Part shown: piece after piece, positions 12,803 to 28,766 of the stretch | How positions within the stretch are numbered: position 1 is the first letter of the stretch | Layout: each line of letters starts with the position of its first letter | NCBI RefSeq assembly: GCF_009914755.1 | Contig: NC_060930.1 | Reading direction: 5' to 3' (one strand) | DNA from: the human T2T-CHM13v2.0 reference genome, Homo sapiens | DNA: 64,000 nucleotides | Program-made: the position numbers and the translations under genes | Notes under the pieces: generated by a model | The model's input: the letters and a program-made list of their open reading frames with translations, nothing else | What the model was told of the DNA's origin: nothing | Databases searched by the model: none

Positions 12803-14659
12803 AACCACCTGTGGCACTGTTGAGAGATAGCCAAGCCCAATGTGCAGGAGTCCACTGATTGATGACTGGTCATTAACCACAAGGGGACCATGAACCACAT
12901 TTATGTAGAATGGAACAATGTTACAGTACCAAATGTAGTGAACTAATAATGATTTTCTTAAATCTCAAGTTCCCCCCTCCCAAGTGATAGTCTCAAATGA
13001 AAAGTTCTTAAAATATGTAAACTTTCAGAATTCTAATATTTGCATCCAAATAAATCTTCTGCATTAATAAAATAACTTTAAATTAGTATTTTATATTACT
13101 CTCATCTTTATTTTCACTATTCAACTGAAGACTTGCTGATTTATCTGATTGATAAGAAAGTCTAAGTCATCTAAAGAATATTTTTTAAAGATATTGCTTA
13201 ATTACTCTGTCCAACAAAAAGATTTTTCCAGAATCCCCCCAGAAAATATATAAAATAAAGATAAACTGAAGATGCATATTTCTCATCATTAAGAAATTCC
13301 TGCATGGCTGATTGCAACTTGAAGTATCATGAAACAATGACAGATGAATCCCACCAAAACTGCATGAAGCTATGAAGTTCCCAGAAATATCAAGTAAAAA
13401 TGTAATTTTTATCTGAATACTTGAATATTATATTTAAGAAATAAAATAATGGTATTTAAGGTAGATGGTAATCAGCCTGAAGAACATTATATAATGAATG
13501 ATGGGACTGGCAAGAAACAAAATCATCCATGGTCAGCTTAACTTTTCTGTCTTAACATTTGAAAAAATAAATCCAAGTTCTATTTTCCAAATAAATATTT
13601 CCATTAATAAACCTACAGATCTTAATGCCTCTGGTGGGAAAAAAGAGCTATGTGTACTTTTCTGCTAATTAGCTAAGAGTACATAGTATTTCTTGAATTG
13701 ATATTATGAATTTAAAATTTTTGTTTAATGAATATTTGATTTCTTTCCTTTCCAAACATGGAAAGAGCAGCTTCAAAGAATGTTTTCTGTGTTGCTCAAA
13801 ATTTAAATCAGTAACAAGAACATATTTACTGTATGACTAAAGAGCGAGATAAGACAGATTATATATTAAAAAATACCAAAAGTGAAAAAAACTTTCTATT
13901 TTATTTGACATAAGATGACGCTTGATTTATAAATTTCTAGACACCAATCAATCACTAAACAGTTGGGTTTTGCCTAAAATAAGAAGAACAAATTCTTTTC
14001 TAATTTATTTTTGTACAGACACAGCCCATATAAACCTTTTCTTGACCCTATCAAAGAGCTGAGGACTCAGAGCAACCACATAGCTCAAAATCCAAGGAAA
14101 ACAGACGTCTGCAAGAATAGATAGGACAAAAGCAATGGCTCACTTAAAGTAGTGCCCAGGAGTAAAAGACACAAGTCATCACAGATGTAAATAAAAATAA
14201 CGCATTTAAAATTTTTAGCAAATTTAGAAAGGCCAAGTAGTGTAAAAGTTTAGAATCCATGGAAACTGCAGATTTAAGAAGAGTTTATACCCATTCTTCA
14301 GATGTTTTCCACAGACAGCTAATGGGTACTCATGAGAAGATTAGGGATGAAGCAGGAGACTAGAGAAAGTCCCATTATTTTGTGATTCTGAAGGAGAGAA
14401 GCAGCCAGAGCTGCAGGAAAGGAACAAAGTTCTACCCACACCCTTCTCCCTATAGAAAAACAAAAACAACAAAAAGTCCTGAAATCACTTAGGGCAGCAG
14501 GGTACAATGAAAACGCATTAAAGTAGAAGGAAGAATAAAAATTTAAAAATATCCCCGAAGAAGGAGCAGAAAATAATCCTGGGTGAAGGATTCTATATCA
14601 ATATAATCAGGAGTCTCCTATTGCCTCAGAGGGGAAGAAACCCCCACCTAAGAGCTACA

Positions 14660-15860
<1,201 letters not shown>

Positions 15861-17747
15861 CAAAAAACACAACACACTTAAAAGAATTGAAATGATACAA
15901 TTTCTCAACACAATGGATTAAACCAGAAATAAATTAGAGAAAGTTGTCCAGGAAAATCTTTAAATATTTGTAAATTATACACCATACTTCCACATAAACT
16001 ATGAGTCTAGAAAAAAGTTAAAAGAAAATTAAGAATTCATTTTTCATTAAATGAAAATGAAAACACAAGGTATCAAAATTTGTTATAGGCAAATAAAAAA
16101 CTGCTTACAAAACAATGTATATCATTAAATATTTTAATTATTAAAGAAGGAAGAGTTCAAAAAATTATCTAAGTATCCTCTTGAGGAAACAAAGAATGTA
16201 AGAATAAATTAAACCCAAAGCAGGCAGAAATAAGAAAATTCTGAGAGAAAAAAAATTTTTTTAAGATGACTGAAAATAACAATAAAAATGATAAACTTTT
16301 AATCAGATGCTTCAGGGTAAAAAATAGAAGACTAAAAAATCAATATTAAAAAGAAAAGAGAAGATTTCATTGATAATTCCTCAAACACTATAAGAATAAT
16401 AATGGAATACTCTAAAAATTATATGCTTATGAATTCAACAATTTATATAACATTAAACAACTTTAAGAAACAAACTACTAAAGCATGTTCAAAAGGAATA
16501 GATAATTTACTCTATAACAATAAAGAATTTGAATTCATAATTGCAAAACTTCTAAGAATAATTTTTGTTAAAATGTCAGCCTATTTCCTAGTGGGCTTAC
16601 TAGGACATAGCTTACTAGTCATCAAGAATTCAAGTAACATATAATACCAATTTTTAAAAATCATTTCCAGAGAATAGAGGAGAAAGAAATGCATTCCAAG
16701 ACATTTTACAAGGCCAAGATTACACCGATAACAAAACCATTAAAAGACAACAGAAAACTACAGACTGACATTTTTTATAAACACCGATGAACAATCCTGA
16801 GGAAAATATTGGCAAATCAAATTTAGCATCATATGCAAAAGCTAATACATCATGACCAAATAGATTTTATACTTGGAAGGCAGGTTTGGTTCAATAACTG
16901 AAAATTAATCAGTGTAATTCACCATATCACAAGAAGAGAAATCATATGATGATTTCAATACACGCATCTCAATGAAAGCCTTTATAAAATTCAATATGTA
17001 TTAATGTTAAAATAAGCAAACAGAAGAAAATTTCCTCAACCTGACATAAGATATCTACTAAAAGCCTTCATATAATGCCATTCTTAATGACAGACTTAGT
17101 ATTTTTCTCTGTGATCAGGAACAGGCAAAATGTCCTTTCTTATCACTTCTATTTAACATGTTATTGGAGGTTTTATTCAGTGTAATAAATAAAAACAAAA
17201 AAATTAAAGACATACAGTTTTGAAAGAAAGACATATTATCTACATACAGAATCTTAACAATCTACAAAGAAGCTAGTATAACTAGTAAATAAATTTAACA
17301 ATTTTACTGAAAACAAACTCCATAAACAAATATCCATTGTATTTTTACATGCTAACAATGAACAATGGGAAACTGAAATAAACAGACTATTGAAACAAAT
17401 AGAGTATTATTTATAACATCAGAAACATTACTTAGATATAAGTGTAATAAAGTACAACTCAAGATTTATATACTAAAAACTACACTTATAAAGGAAATAA
17501 AAGAGGACCTAAATAAATTAAAATATATTTTAGGTTGATGGATCAGAAGACTCAATACATTAAGATGTCAATTCCACCCTAATAGATCTGTAGAGTCAAT
17601 ACAGTTACAACAAAAATGTCAGCAAAATTTTTTTGTGGAAATTTGCCATCAAATTCTAATATGGTAGGGTGGGAGGAGTGGGAAAGCAAAGGAACACAAT
17701 AGCTCAAACAATTTTGAAAAGATAGAACAAAGTTGAAGGACTTATAC

Positions 17748-18110
17748 TGTTCGCAGCAGTCAGCTTGGACTGCCATAATAAAATACTACATATTGGGTGG
17801 CATAAGCAACAGGAATTTATTTTCTCCTGGAGGACAGAAGTTCAAGAACAAGGGGCTAGCATGTTTGATGCTTCCTGATGCCTCTCTTCAAGGGGCTAGC
17901 ATGTTTGCTGTTTCCTGATGCCTCTCTTCTTGGCTTGTAAATAGTCATTTTTAGCAAGCTGTGGCCCCACATTGCTTTTTCTCTGTGTGTGAGCACCTCT
18001 GGTGTCTCTTTTTCTTAAGGACACCAGTCTTATAGAATTAGGGCCCTACTTTTATGACTCATTCAACCTTAATTATCTCTTTAAATACCCTTTCTCCTAA
18101 TAAAGTCACA
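17748..18110 (-). mobile_element. MLT1A/B-like MaLR LTR
   Basis: gccataataaaatactaca...taaggacaccagtc...ttagggccctac. Confidence 0.75.
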
Positions 18111-19219
18111 AGGACTGCTAGAAGAAAATATAGAAGAAAATCTCTGTCACCTTGGGTTAGGCAAAAAGAAATTTAAATATGACACAAAAAGCATAATCTT
18201 GAAAAGTAAAAATTGGAAAACTGGACTTCCTCAAAATTAAAATCTCTACTTTTCAAATAAAACTTAAAATAAAAAGACAAGCCACAGATTGGAATAAAAT
18301 ACTTGAAGAACACATATCTGATATGATATAAAAGGTCTTAATGACAAGAAAACAAGCAATCTGATTTTTAAATGAGAAAAAATTGATATTTTAATTGAGG
18401 ATGATATTTAAATGGCAATTAAGCACATCAAAAAGTGCTCAACATCTGTTGTCATTAATGATATACAAACTAAAACCAAAATAAGATAGCATTACATACC
18501 CGTTATTGTGGCTAAGACTACAAAAACTTGACAATAACATGTGCTGACAAGACTAAACAACTGGAACTCTCATATATTGCCAGTTGGGATGCAATATGCT
18601 ACAATCACTTTGGAAAAGTTTTGACAGTTTCTTTTTTAATTAAATGTACACTTACCATGCAAACCAGTATTTCCACTCAATATTTGTACTAAAGAAAACA
18701 AACATATGTTCACAGAAAAACCTGCATACAAATGTTTATTGCAGCTTTATACTTATTATCAAAACCTGGAAGAATGCATACTGGTACATGTAACAACATA
18801 GAGGTATGTCAAAAGCATTATGCTAAATGAAAGAAGCCAGACTCAAAAATTACATACTGTGTGATTCTCGAATATGGTATTTTGGATGAGAGAATTTATA
18901 AAGAATGAAAAATTGGTGTTTTCCAGGGGCTGCATGTGTTGGGTGTGTGACCGGGGAGGAAGGAGTACAATGGAGCATGCAGAAACTTTTTGAGGTGGTG
19001 GAACTATTTTTTATTTTGACTGTTGTGATTACATGTCCACCAAAAACTTAGAGAAAGGCCTGCCTTTGTCAAAACTCATAGAACTATACACCGAAAGGAC
19101 ACATTTTATATATTTAATTTTTTTTCAATAAACTTGACTGGGAAGAATTCCAGAATGAATTTCTTCACCCAGGTCATAACCATAGCTAACATTTAAGTTT
19201 ACTTTCTTTTATTTCTATA

Positions 19220-19350
19220 TGTGTGTATGCTACTGTGATACACACATACACATGTGCATACATATGTGTGTATATATATGTATCTGCATATATATGTGTG
19301 TGTTTCTGTGTGTGGGGGTGTGTGTGCATAAAATATACACACATACATAC
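19220..19350. repeat. Mixed TA/TG/CA simple repeat
   Basis: Direct. Confidence 0.8.
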
Positions 19351-20205
19351 AGGTTTTGGTCTACAGTTCCTGGCTCATAATTCCCAAAGCCCTTGTTATA
19401 GTAAACAGAGTCAATCTCTCTCTCCCTCTGAACTTCTCCTGCTCTCCTTTCAACTGGCCATGGCAGGATTCTAATCTGATTGTGAGTCATAAAACAATCA
19501 TTTCAGAAAGGGTCCTGCCCCCTACCGTGGAGTAAAGAATGCTGCACAGAGGACAAGAAGAATCTGAACAGACAGGGCTTACTGAGTTTATATCACATCA
19601 TTTCTGTCCAATCACATTTCAATATGGTTGTCCATGCTTCAATCCTGTCTCTCCAATAAAATCCCTATTAAAAGACCCAAGAGAACAAGGTTTGAAGAGC
19701 TTCCAGATAGCTGAACATGTCGAGGTTCCTGGGGGGTGTTGCACCCAGAGAGGACATGAAAGCTCCATGTTCCTTTGTATACGCCTTGCCCTATGCATCT
19801 TTTCATCTGTCTTCTTTGTAATATCGCTTATAATAAAATGGTAAATTTGTTTTCATGAGTTCTGTGAGCCACTCCAGCAAATTAATCAAACCCAAAGAGT
19901 GGATTGTGGGAACCCCAACTTGAAGCCAGTTGATCAGAAGTTCAGGATGGCCTGGACATGCAAAAGGTGTCTGGAGGAGTGGGCATGGGGGAACTTGGGA
20001 AACTGAGTCCCCAAGCTCTGGGACCTGACTCTATCTCCAGGTAATGTTGGAGTTGAATTGGAGAATACTCAGTTGGTGTTCACTACAGAATTAATTGCTC
20101 ACTTGGTGATGGGGTAAAACCCCTGCCTACATTTGGTCTCAGAAGTCTTCCGTGTTGATAACTGTTGTCTTGAGAGAATAGGCAAAAGCACTTAGTGTGT
20201 TTTAC
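19351..20205 (+). mobile_element. MER21A/B-like LTR
   Basis: gagcttccagatagctgaaca...ccttgccctatgcatct...gagttctgtgagc...cagcaaattaa. Confidence 0.8.
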
Positions 20206-20876
20206 ACATAAACAATTATAATGTATGCATATTTTTATCCTGCATTTAATACCTACTGAGAGCATTTCTTATCTTTAACTCATCTTCCAAAATGTAATGT
20301 TAAAAAAATTTAGTATTATCAAATCTCATCTTATGGAAAAATAACTAGTGTGCAAAAATGTATTTGTTAATTATTATTAAAAGTTATAATGTTGGCAGCT
20401 GGCAAGATGGCCGAATAGCAATAGCTCCAGTCTGCAGCTCCCAGTGAGATCAACGCAGAAGGTGGGTGATTTCTGCATTTCCAACTGAGGCACCTAGTTC
20501 ATATCAATGTGACTGGTTAGACAGTGGGTGCAGCCCACGGAGTGCGAGCAGAAGCAGGGTGGGGTGTCGCCTCACCTGGGAAGTGCAAGGGGTCAGGGAA
20601 CTCCCTCCCCTAGCCAAGGGAAGCCATGAGGGACTGTGCCATGAGGAACCGTGCACTCTGGCCCAGATACTACACTTTTTCCACTGTCTTCACAACCTGC
20701 AGACCAGGAGATTCCCTCCGGTGCCTATGCCACCAGGGCCCTGGGTTTCAAGCACAAAACTGGATGGTCATTTGGGCAAACACTGACCTAGCTGCAGGAG
20801 TTTCTTTTCATACCCCAGTGGCTCCTGGAACACCAGAGAGACAGAATCCTTTACTCCCCTGGAGAAGGGGCTGAAG

Positions 20877-21026
20877 TTAGGAAGCCAAGTGGTCTAGCTC
20901 AGTGGATTCCAGCCCCACGGAGCCTAGCAAGCTAAGCTCCACTGGCTTGAAATTCTCACTACCGGCACAACAGTCTGAAGTCGACCTGGGATGCTCCAGC
21001 TTGGTGGAGGGAGGGGTGTCCACCAT
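20877..21026 (-). other. L1 ORF0-homologous antisense ORF (49 aa, truncated)
   Basis: MVDTPPSTKLEHPRSTSDCCAGS...SVG aligns to recalled L1HS ORF0 MAGAPPPASLPPCSLISDCCAS...SVG. Confidence 0.6.
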
Positions 21027-24000
21027 TACTGAGGCTTGAGTAGGTGGTTTTCCCCTCACAGCATAAACAAAGCCGCCAAGAAGTTCAAACTGGGCAGAGC
21101 CCACCACAGCTTGACAAAACCACTGTAGCCAGACTGCTTCTCTAGATTCCTCCCCTCTGAGCAGAGCATCTCTGAAAGAAAGGCAGCAGCCTCAGTCAGG
21201 GGCTTATCGATAAAACTTACATCTCCCTGGGACAGAGCACCTGGGGGAAGGGGCGGCTATGGGTGCAGCTTCAGCAGATTTAAACATTCCTGCCTCCCAG
21301 CTCTGTAGGGAGCAGTGGATCTCCAAGCGCAGCACTCAAGCTCTGCTAAGGGACAGACTGCCTCCTCAAGCAGGTCCCTGATCCCCCTACCTCCTGACTG
21401 GGAGACACCTCCCAGGAGGGGTCGACAGACACTTCATACAGGAGAGCTCCCACTGGCATCTGGCGGGTGCCCCCTGGGACGAAGCTTCCAGAGGAAGGAA
21501 CAGGCAGCAATCTTTGCTGTTCTGCAGCCTCTGCTAGTGATAGCCAGGCAAACAGCGTCTGGAATGGACCTCCAGCAAACTCCAACAGACCTGCAGCAGA
21601 GGGTCCTGATTGTTAGAGGAAAACTAACAAACAGAAAGGAATGGTATCAACATCAACAAAAAGGACTTCTACACCAAAACCCCAATCGAAAGTCACCAAA
21701 ATAAAAGACTTTGGTCTTTGAATCTTTGTAGATAAATCCACAAAGATGGGGAGAAACCAGCGCGAAAAGGCTAAAAATTGCAAAAACCAGAACACCTCTT
21801 CTCCTCCAAAGGATCACAACTCCTCGCCAGCAAGGGAACAAAACTAGACAGAGAAAGACTCTGAGAAATTGGCAGAAGTTAGGCTTCAGAAGGTGGCTTC
21901 AGAAGTTAGTTCTTCAGAAGGAGCATGTTCTAACCCAATGCAAGAAAGCTAAGAACCTTGAAAAAAGGTTAGAGGAATTACTAACTAGAATAACCAGTTT
22001 AGAGAAGAACATACATGACCTGATGGAGCTGAAAAACACAGCACAAGAACTTCATGAAGCATACACAAGTATCAATAGCCAAATCCATCAAGCAGAAGAA
22101 ACGATATCAGAGATTGAAGATCAACTTAATGAAATAAAGTGTGAAGACAAGATTCAAGGAAAAAGAATGAAAAAGAAGCAACCAAGCCTCCAAGAAATAT
22201 GGGACTATGTGAAAAGACCAAACCTATATTTAATTGGTATACCTGAAAGTGATGGGGAGAATGGAACCAAGCTGGAAAACACCCTTCAGGATATTATCCA
22301 GGAGAACTATTGGCCTAGCAAGACAGGCCAATATTCAAATTCGGGAAATACAGAGAACACCACAAAGATAGTCCTCGAGAAGAGCAACCCCAAGACACAT
22401 AATCATCAGATTCAACGAGGTTGAAATGAAGAAAAAAAATGTTAAGGGCAGCCAGAGAGAAAGGTTGGGTTACCCAAAAAGGGAAGCCCATCAGACTAAC
22501 AGCAGATCTCTTGGCAGAAACCCTACAAGCCAGAAGAGAATGGGGGCCAATATTCAACATTCTTAAAAAGAAGAATTTTCAACCCAGAATTTCATATCCA
22601 GCCAAACTAAGCTTTGCAAGCGAAGGAGAAATAACCTTTCCAGACAAGCAAATGCTGAAGAGATTCTGTCACCACCAGGTCTGCCTTACAAGAGCTCCCA
22701 AAGGAAGCACTAAGCATGGAAAGGAACAACCAGTACCAACCACTGCAAAAACATAACCAATCGTAAAGACCATCGACATTATGAAGAAACTGTATCAACT
22801 AATGGGCAAATTAACCAGCTAGCATCATAATGACAGGATCAAACTCACACATAACAATGTTAACCTTAAATGTAAACAGGCTAAATGCTCCAATTAAAAG
22901 ACACAGACTGGCAAATTGGATAAAGAGTCAAGAGCCATCGGTGTGCTGTATTCAGAAGACCCATCTCAAGTGCGAAGACACACATAGGCTCAAAATGAAG
23001 GGATGGAGAAATATTTACCAAGCAAATCAAAGAAAAGAAAAGCAGGGGTTGCAATCCTAGTCTCTGATAAAACAGACTTTAAACCAACAAAGATCAAAAG
23101 AGACAAAGAAGGGCATTACCAAATAATAATAAATTGATAAAGGGATCAATGCAACAAGGAGCGCTAAATATCCTAAATATATATGCACCCAATACAGGAG
23201 AACCCAGATTCATAAAGTAAATTCTTAGAGACCTACAAAGAGACTTAGACTCCCACATAATAATAGTGGGAGACTTTAACACTCCACTGTCAATATTAGG
23301 CAGATAGACCAGACAGAAAATTAACAAGGATATTCAGGATTTGAACTCACCTGTGGACCAAGTGGAACTAATAGACATCTACAGAACTGTCCACCCCAAA
23401 TCAACAGAATATACATTATTCTCAGCACCACATTTCACTTATTCTAAAATTGACCACATCATTGGAAATAAAACACTCCTAAACAAATGCAAAAGAATAG
23501 AAATCATAAACAGCCTCTCAGAACACAGTGCAATCAAATTAGAACTCAGGATTAAGAAACTCACTCAAAACTGCACAACTACATGGAAACAGAACAATCT
23601 GCTCCTGAACAACTACTGCATAAATAATGAAATTAAGGGAGAAATAAATAAGTTCTGTGAAACCAATGAGAACAAAGACATAACATATCAGAATCTCTGG
23701 GACACAGCTAAAGCAGTGTTTAGAGGGAAATTTATAACATTAAATGCCCACAAGAGAAAGCAAGAAAGATGTAAAATAGACACCTCATATCTAACGGAGA
23801 AGCAAGAGCAAACCAATTCAAAAGCTAACAGAAGACGAGATAACTAAGATCTGAGCAGAACTGAAGAAGGAACACGAAAAACCCTTCAAAAAATCAATGA
23901 ATTCAGGAGGTAGTTTTTTTAAAAGATCATAAAAATAGATAGAACACTAGCCAGACTAAAAAAGAAGAAAAGAGAGAAGAATCAGTAGACACAATAAAAG

Positions 24001-24836
24001 ATGATAAAGGGGATATCACCACTGGTCCCACAGAAATACAAACTACCATCAGAGAATACTATAAACACCTCTATGCAAATAAACTAGAAAAACTAGAAGT
24101 GGATAAATTCCTGGACACATACACCCTCTCAAGTCTAAACTAAGAAGAAGCCCAATCCCTGAATAGACCAATAACAAGTTCTGAAATTGAGGCAGTAATT
24201 AATAGCCTATCAACCAAAAAAAGTCCAGGACCAGACGGATTCATAGCCAAATTCTACCAGAGGTACAAAGAGGAGCTGGTACCATTCCTTCTGAAACTAT
24301 TCAAAACAATAGAAAAAGAGGGACTCCTCCCTAAGTCATTTTATGTGGCCAGGATAATCTGGATACCAAAACCTGGCAGAGACATAACAAAAAAAGAAAA
24401 TTTCAAGCCAATATCCCTGATGAAGATCGATGCAAAAATCCTCAATAAAATACTGGCAAACCAAATCCAGCAGCAAATTAAAAAGCTTATCCACCACAAT
24501 CAAGTCAGCTTCATCCCTGGGATGCAAGGATGGTTAAACATACACAAAGCAATAAATGTTATCCATTATATAAACAGAACCAATGACAAAATGACATGAT
24601 TATCTCAATAGATGCAGAAAAGGCCTTCAACAAAATTCAACAGCAGTTCATGCTAAAAACTCTCAATAAACTAAGTCTCTCAAAATATTAAGGGCTATTT
24701 ATAACAAACCCACAGCCAATATCATACTGAATGGGCAAAAACTGGAAGCATTCCCTTTGAAAATGGGCATAAGAAAAGAATGCCCTCTCTCTCCACTCCT
24801 GTTCAACATAGCATTGAAAGTTCTGGCCAGAGCAAT

Positions 24837-25028
24837 CCCATCTCTACTAAAAATGCAAAAAAATCAGCCAGCCAAGGTGGTGGGTGCCTGTAGTCTCAGC
24901 TAGTTGGGAGGCTGAGGCAGGAGAATGGCATGATCCCGGGCGGCTGAGCTTGCAGTGAGCCGAGATTGTGACACTGCACAGCCTGGGTGACAGAACGAGA
25001 CTCTGTCTCAAAAACAACAAAAACAAAA
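24837..25028 (+). mobile_element. 5'-truncated AluY-like element (linker and right arm) without TSD
   Basis: gagaatggcatg and gagcttgcagtg AluY diagnostics; non-contiguous L1 flanks. Confidence 0.9.
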
Positions 25029-26692
25029 GAATGGCGATCATTAAAAAGTCAGGAAACAACAGGTGCTGGAGAGGATGTGGAGAAATAGGAACACTTTTAC
25101 ACTGTTGGTGGGAGTGTGAATTAGTTCAACCATTGTGGAACACAGTGTGGCAACTCCTCAAGGATCTGGAACCAGAAATACCACTTGACCCAGCAATCCC
25201 ATTACTGAGTATATAACCAAAGGATTATAAATCATTCTACTACAAAGATACATGCACACTTATGTTTATTTCAGCACTGTTCACAATAGCAAAGACTTGG
25301 AACCAACCCAAACACTCATCAGTGATAGACTGGATAAAGAAAATGTGGCACATATACATCATAGAATACTATGCAGCCATAAAAAAGGATGAGTTCATGT
25401 CCTTTGCAGGGACATGGATGAAGCTGGAAACCATCATTCTCAGCAAACTAACACAAGAACAGAAAACCAAACACCACATGTTCTCACTCATAAGTGGGAG
25501 TAGAACAATGAGAACACATGGACACAAGGAGGGGAATGTCACACACCGGGGCCTCTCAGAGTGGGGGACTAGGGGAAGTATAGCATTAGAAGAAATACCT
25601 AATGTAGATTACAGGTTGAAGGGTGCAGCAAACCACCATGGCACATGTATACCTATGTAACAAACCTGAATGTTCTGCACATGTATCCCAGAACTTGAAA
25701 TATAAAAAAAATTTTAAAGAGGGCATAATGTTTGCAAAGTTTGATAATCCAATTGCTATACAAATTCAAATGTTTTTGTGTTCATTTTTTACTTATTCAT
25801 TTGTTTTGTTCACTTTATCATTCAACACACACTTAAGCCTCACTGATAAAAAAAACAGTAAGAAATTAAGTGAGTTCATGATCTCAGAGATGTGACTGAG
25901 TAGTGAGAACACAACCAATTCAACAAATAATTATAATCCTGGTGACATATGTTACAAAAAAGGTACAAAAAATTGAATTCTTTATATTTTTCATAAGTTA
26001 CGATGAGACTTTCATAGTGAATCATTTTATACAGCTAATTACCACTAAGTTTAATTGTTTGGTAAATTTGCATTTATATGCCTATGTTAGTGAGATTTTC
26101 TTTGGTTATAGTGGGATTCTGTCTACGTACACTTTGAAAATACTCTGTACAATCCTATGACGTGCAGCTTTAACATCATGCCATTCATTTTTTTCACTTG
26201 TCATATTTAAGCCATAATTCTCTCTAGTAAAATTCTTGCTCCTGAACAAGATTTCTCTTGGTGTGGAACCAGGATGACCAAGAACTAGAAGGACCCAACT
26301 CTTGGTAGGGCCTTTTCTCTATCATCAGAGGTCATCAAGTCTTTTGCCCAATAGTCTGTTTTTAATCCTTAATTAGCAACACAGAAACAATAGTTTATTT
26401 CATGCTTTACCATGAAGTTTATGTGCCTTTTGCCCCAAAGGTTTTTATGAACAGCCCAAACACACACACACACACACTCCATTCATACTTCTGAAGAGCC
26501 TATATCTCATCTCTGAATAAAGCTGCCCAGAGAGAGAAGGTGCTACGTTTGAATTACACTGTTTTGGGGTCCTCAGAATTGCAGTGAGGTGTCCTCAATC
26601 AGCTTGCCCTGCTTCCTCAGCTATCATGATGGATATTGTAAAATCAGGATGCCATAGCATAAATGATGGTAAAGTATCATAAGGAAGCTGTT

Positions 26693-26892
26693 TATATGAG
26701 TTCGCTAGGGCTAACATAACAAAATACCACAGACTGGGTGGCCTAAACAATAGAAATTTATTTCATGATAGTTCTGGAGGCTAGAAGTCCACAGTCGAGG
26801 TGTCAATATCCTTGCTTTCTCCAGAGGCGTCTGTCTTTGGCCTGCAATTCATCACCTTCTTGTGTTTTCATAAGGTTTCTCCTTTGTATACA

Positions 26893-26939
<47 letters not shown>

Positions 26940-27133
26940 GTCTGTGTCCTAACCTCCTCTTTTTATAAGGACAGCAGTCCTATTGAATTAGGGCTCACCC
27001 ATATGTCCTCATTTACCTGAATTACCACTTTAAAGACCCTATCTCTAAATACAGTCATATTCTGAGTTACTGGGGGTTAGGACTTCAACATATGAATTTG
27101 GAACTGGGGGAGAATGCAATTAAGTCCATAAGA
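26693..27133 (-). mobile_element. MLT1B/C-like MaLR LTR containing a (CA)n tract
   Basis: ctagggctaacataacaaaataccacagactgggtgg...aaagaccctatctctaaatacagtca. Confidence 0.85.
26889..26936. repeat. (CA)n microsatellite
   Basis: Direct. Confidence 0.95.
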
Positions 27134-27494
27134 CTGCCATTACATTTACTAAAGATATGCTACTTTAAAAAGCGTTCACCATATAATCATAGAAAGAGAT
27201 GTACTACTGACTTTGAACTAAACAATTTATTGTTCTCTTTATGGAGTGATAGGTTTTCAAATAGTGCAAATCATGTAAATAATGTTGTTTCACATTTTGC
27301 TTTGGCCACCAGGAACCCGAAGCTCGACTTAAATAACTGCGTTTTACATAACACTACAGTCTCTACTTAAATTTTAACTTTCTCCTCGATTTTGATCAAT
27401 TCATTTACTTGCTTTGCCAGAATCTTGATTCTTATGTTTTATCCATTTTCTTGTATGCTGTATGCAATATGACACCCTGCATGGCCAGATTATA

Positions 27495-28050
27495 TGAAAA
27501 AGCAAACCTGAAAAACACCTAACATCCAAGTGACTGAAACTATGCCCCTAACAGTTAAGGAAACATGACTAACAGAAATTCTTGAGCTTGCAGGAAGGCA
27601 GGAAAACAACTTGCTGAAATGCTGAAACTCCCTTTTCCCAGGTTTGTAAGATAATAAAACTGGCTGAAACCCATTGGAACCAATATGGCTAATTGGAGTT
27701 TGCACAGAATGAGCTTGCGGACTTCACATTTCCACCATACTTTTCATGATAACGCCCCGAAGTTGCACGTGGGACCCGTGAGGTAGCATGAATGGATAAC
27801 TGCACATTCCCAAAGACTTTCCAGCTCTTGTCTTTCCTTCCACCAATCACCTACTAATCCCAGAATCCATTTCCTAAATGTTTTCTAATAAAATGACTCC
27901 CTTAAGGCCAGCACAGGGAGACAGATTTGAGGTGGACTACTGTCTCCTTGTGAGTCAATTTGCAGTAAAATGTTTTCTTTTCTAAAAAACCCAGCGTCAT
28001 AGTATTGGCTTCTAGCGCACGGGGCAGCAAGCCTCTTTTGCTTGATAACG
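27495..28050 (+). mobile_element. ERV1-class solo LTR (MER4-group; subfamily uncertain)
   Basis: ccaatatggctaattggag, ccaccaatca, cagggagacagatttgag, 3' end tattggctt...gcacggggcagcaag. Confidence 0.65.
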
Positions 28051-28269
28051 TGACCACAGGTGACTTCATCGGATTTTTCTGAGATGTGGAAGATGTATCG
28101 CTTTAAGCAATAGCATATCTAGCGAAAACTACATTTCTGTGGGCTAGTTGACTCCAGTAGATATTTATTGTCTTTTGGTCACAAACTCCTCTAAAATTTG
28201 AGAAAAAAAGTTCTAAAACCTATTTCCTATCTAAAGACAGCACAGTGTTTGTGCTGTTTAAGAGTACAA

Positions 28270-28766
<497 letters not shown>

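Larger units (their letters stand above)
20394..25715 (+). mobile_element. Near full-length L1PA (PA6-PA8-like): 5' UTR, disrupted ORF1 and ORF2, 3' UTR; ~1.3 kb of ORF2 replaced by an Alu
   Basis: caagatggccgaatag 5' end; ORF1 (MELKNTAQEL..., RAAREKG); ORF2 start MTGSNSHIT; C-terminus CWRGCGE; partial TSD ataatgtt at both ends. Confidence 0.95.
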
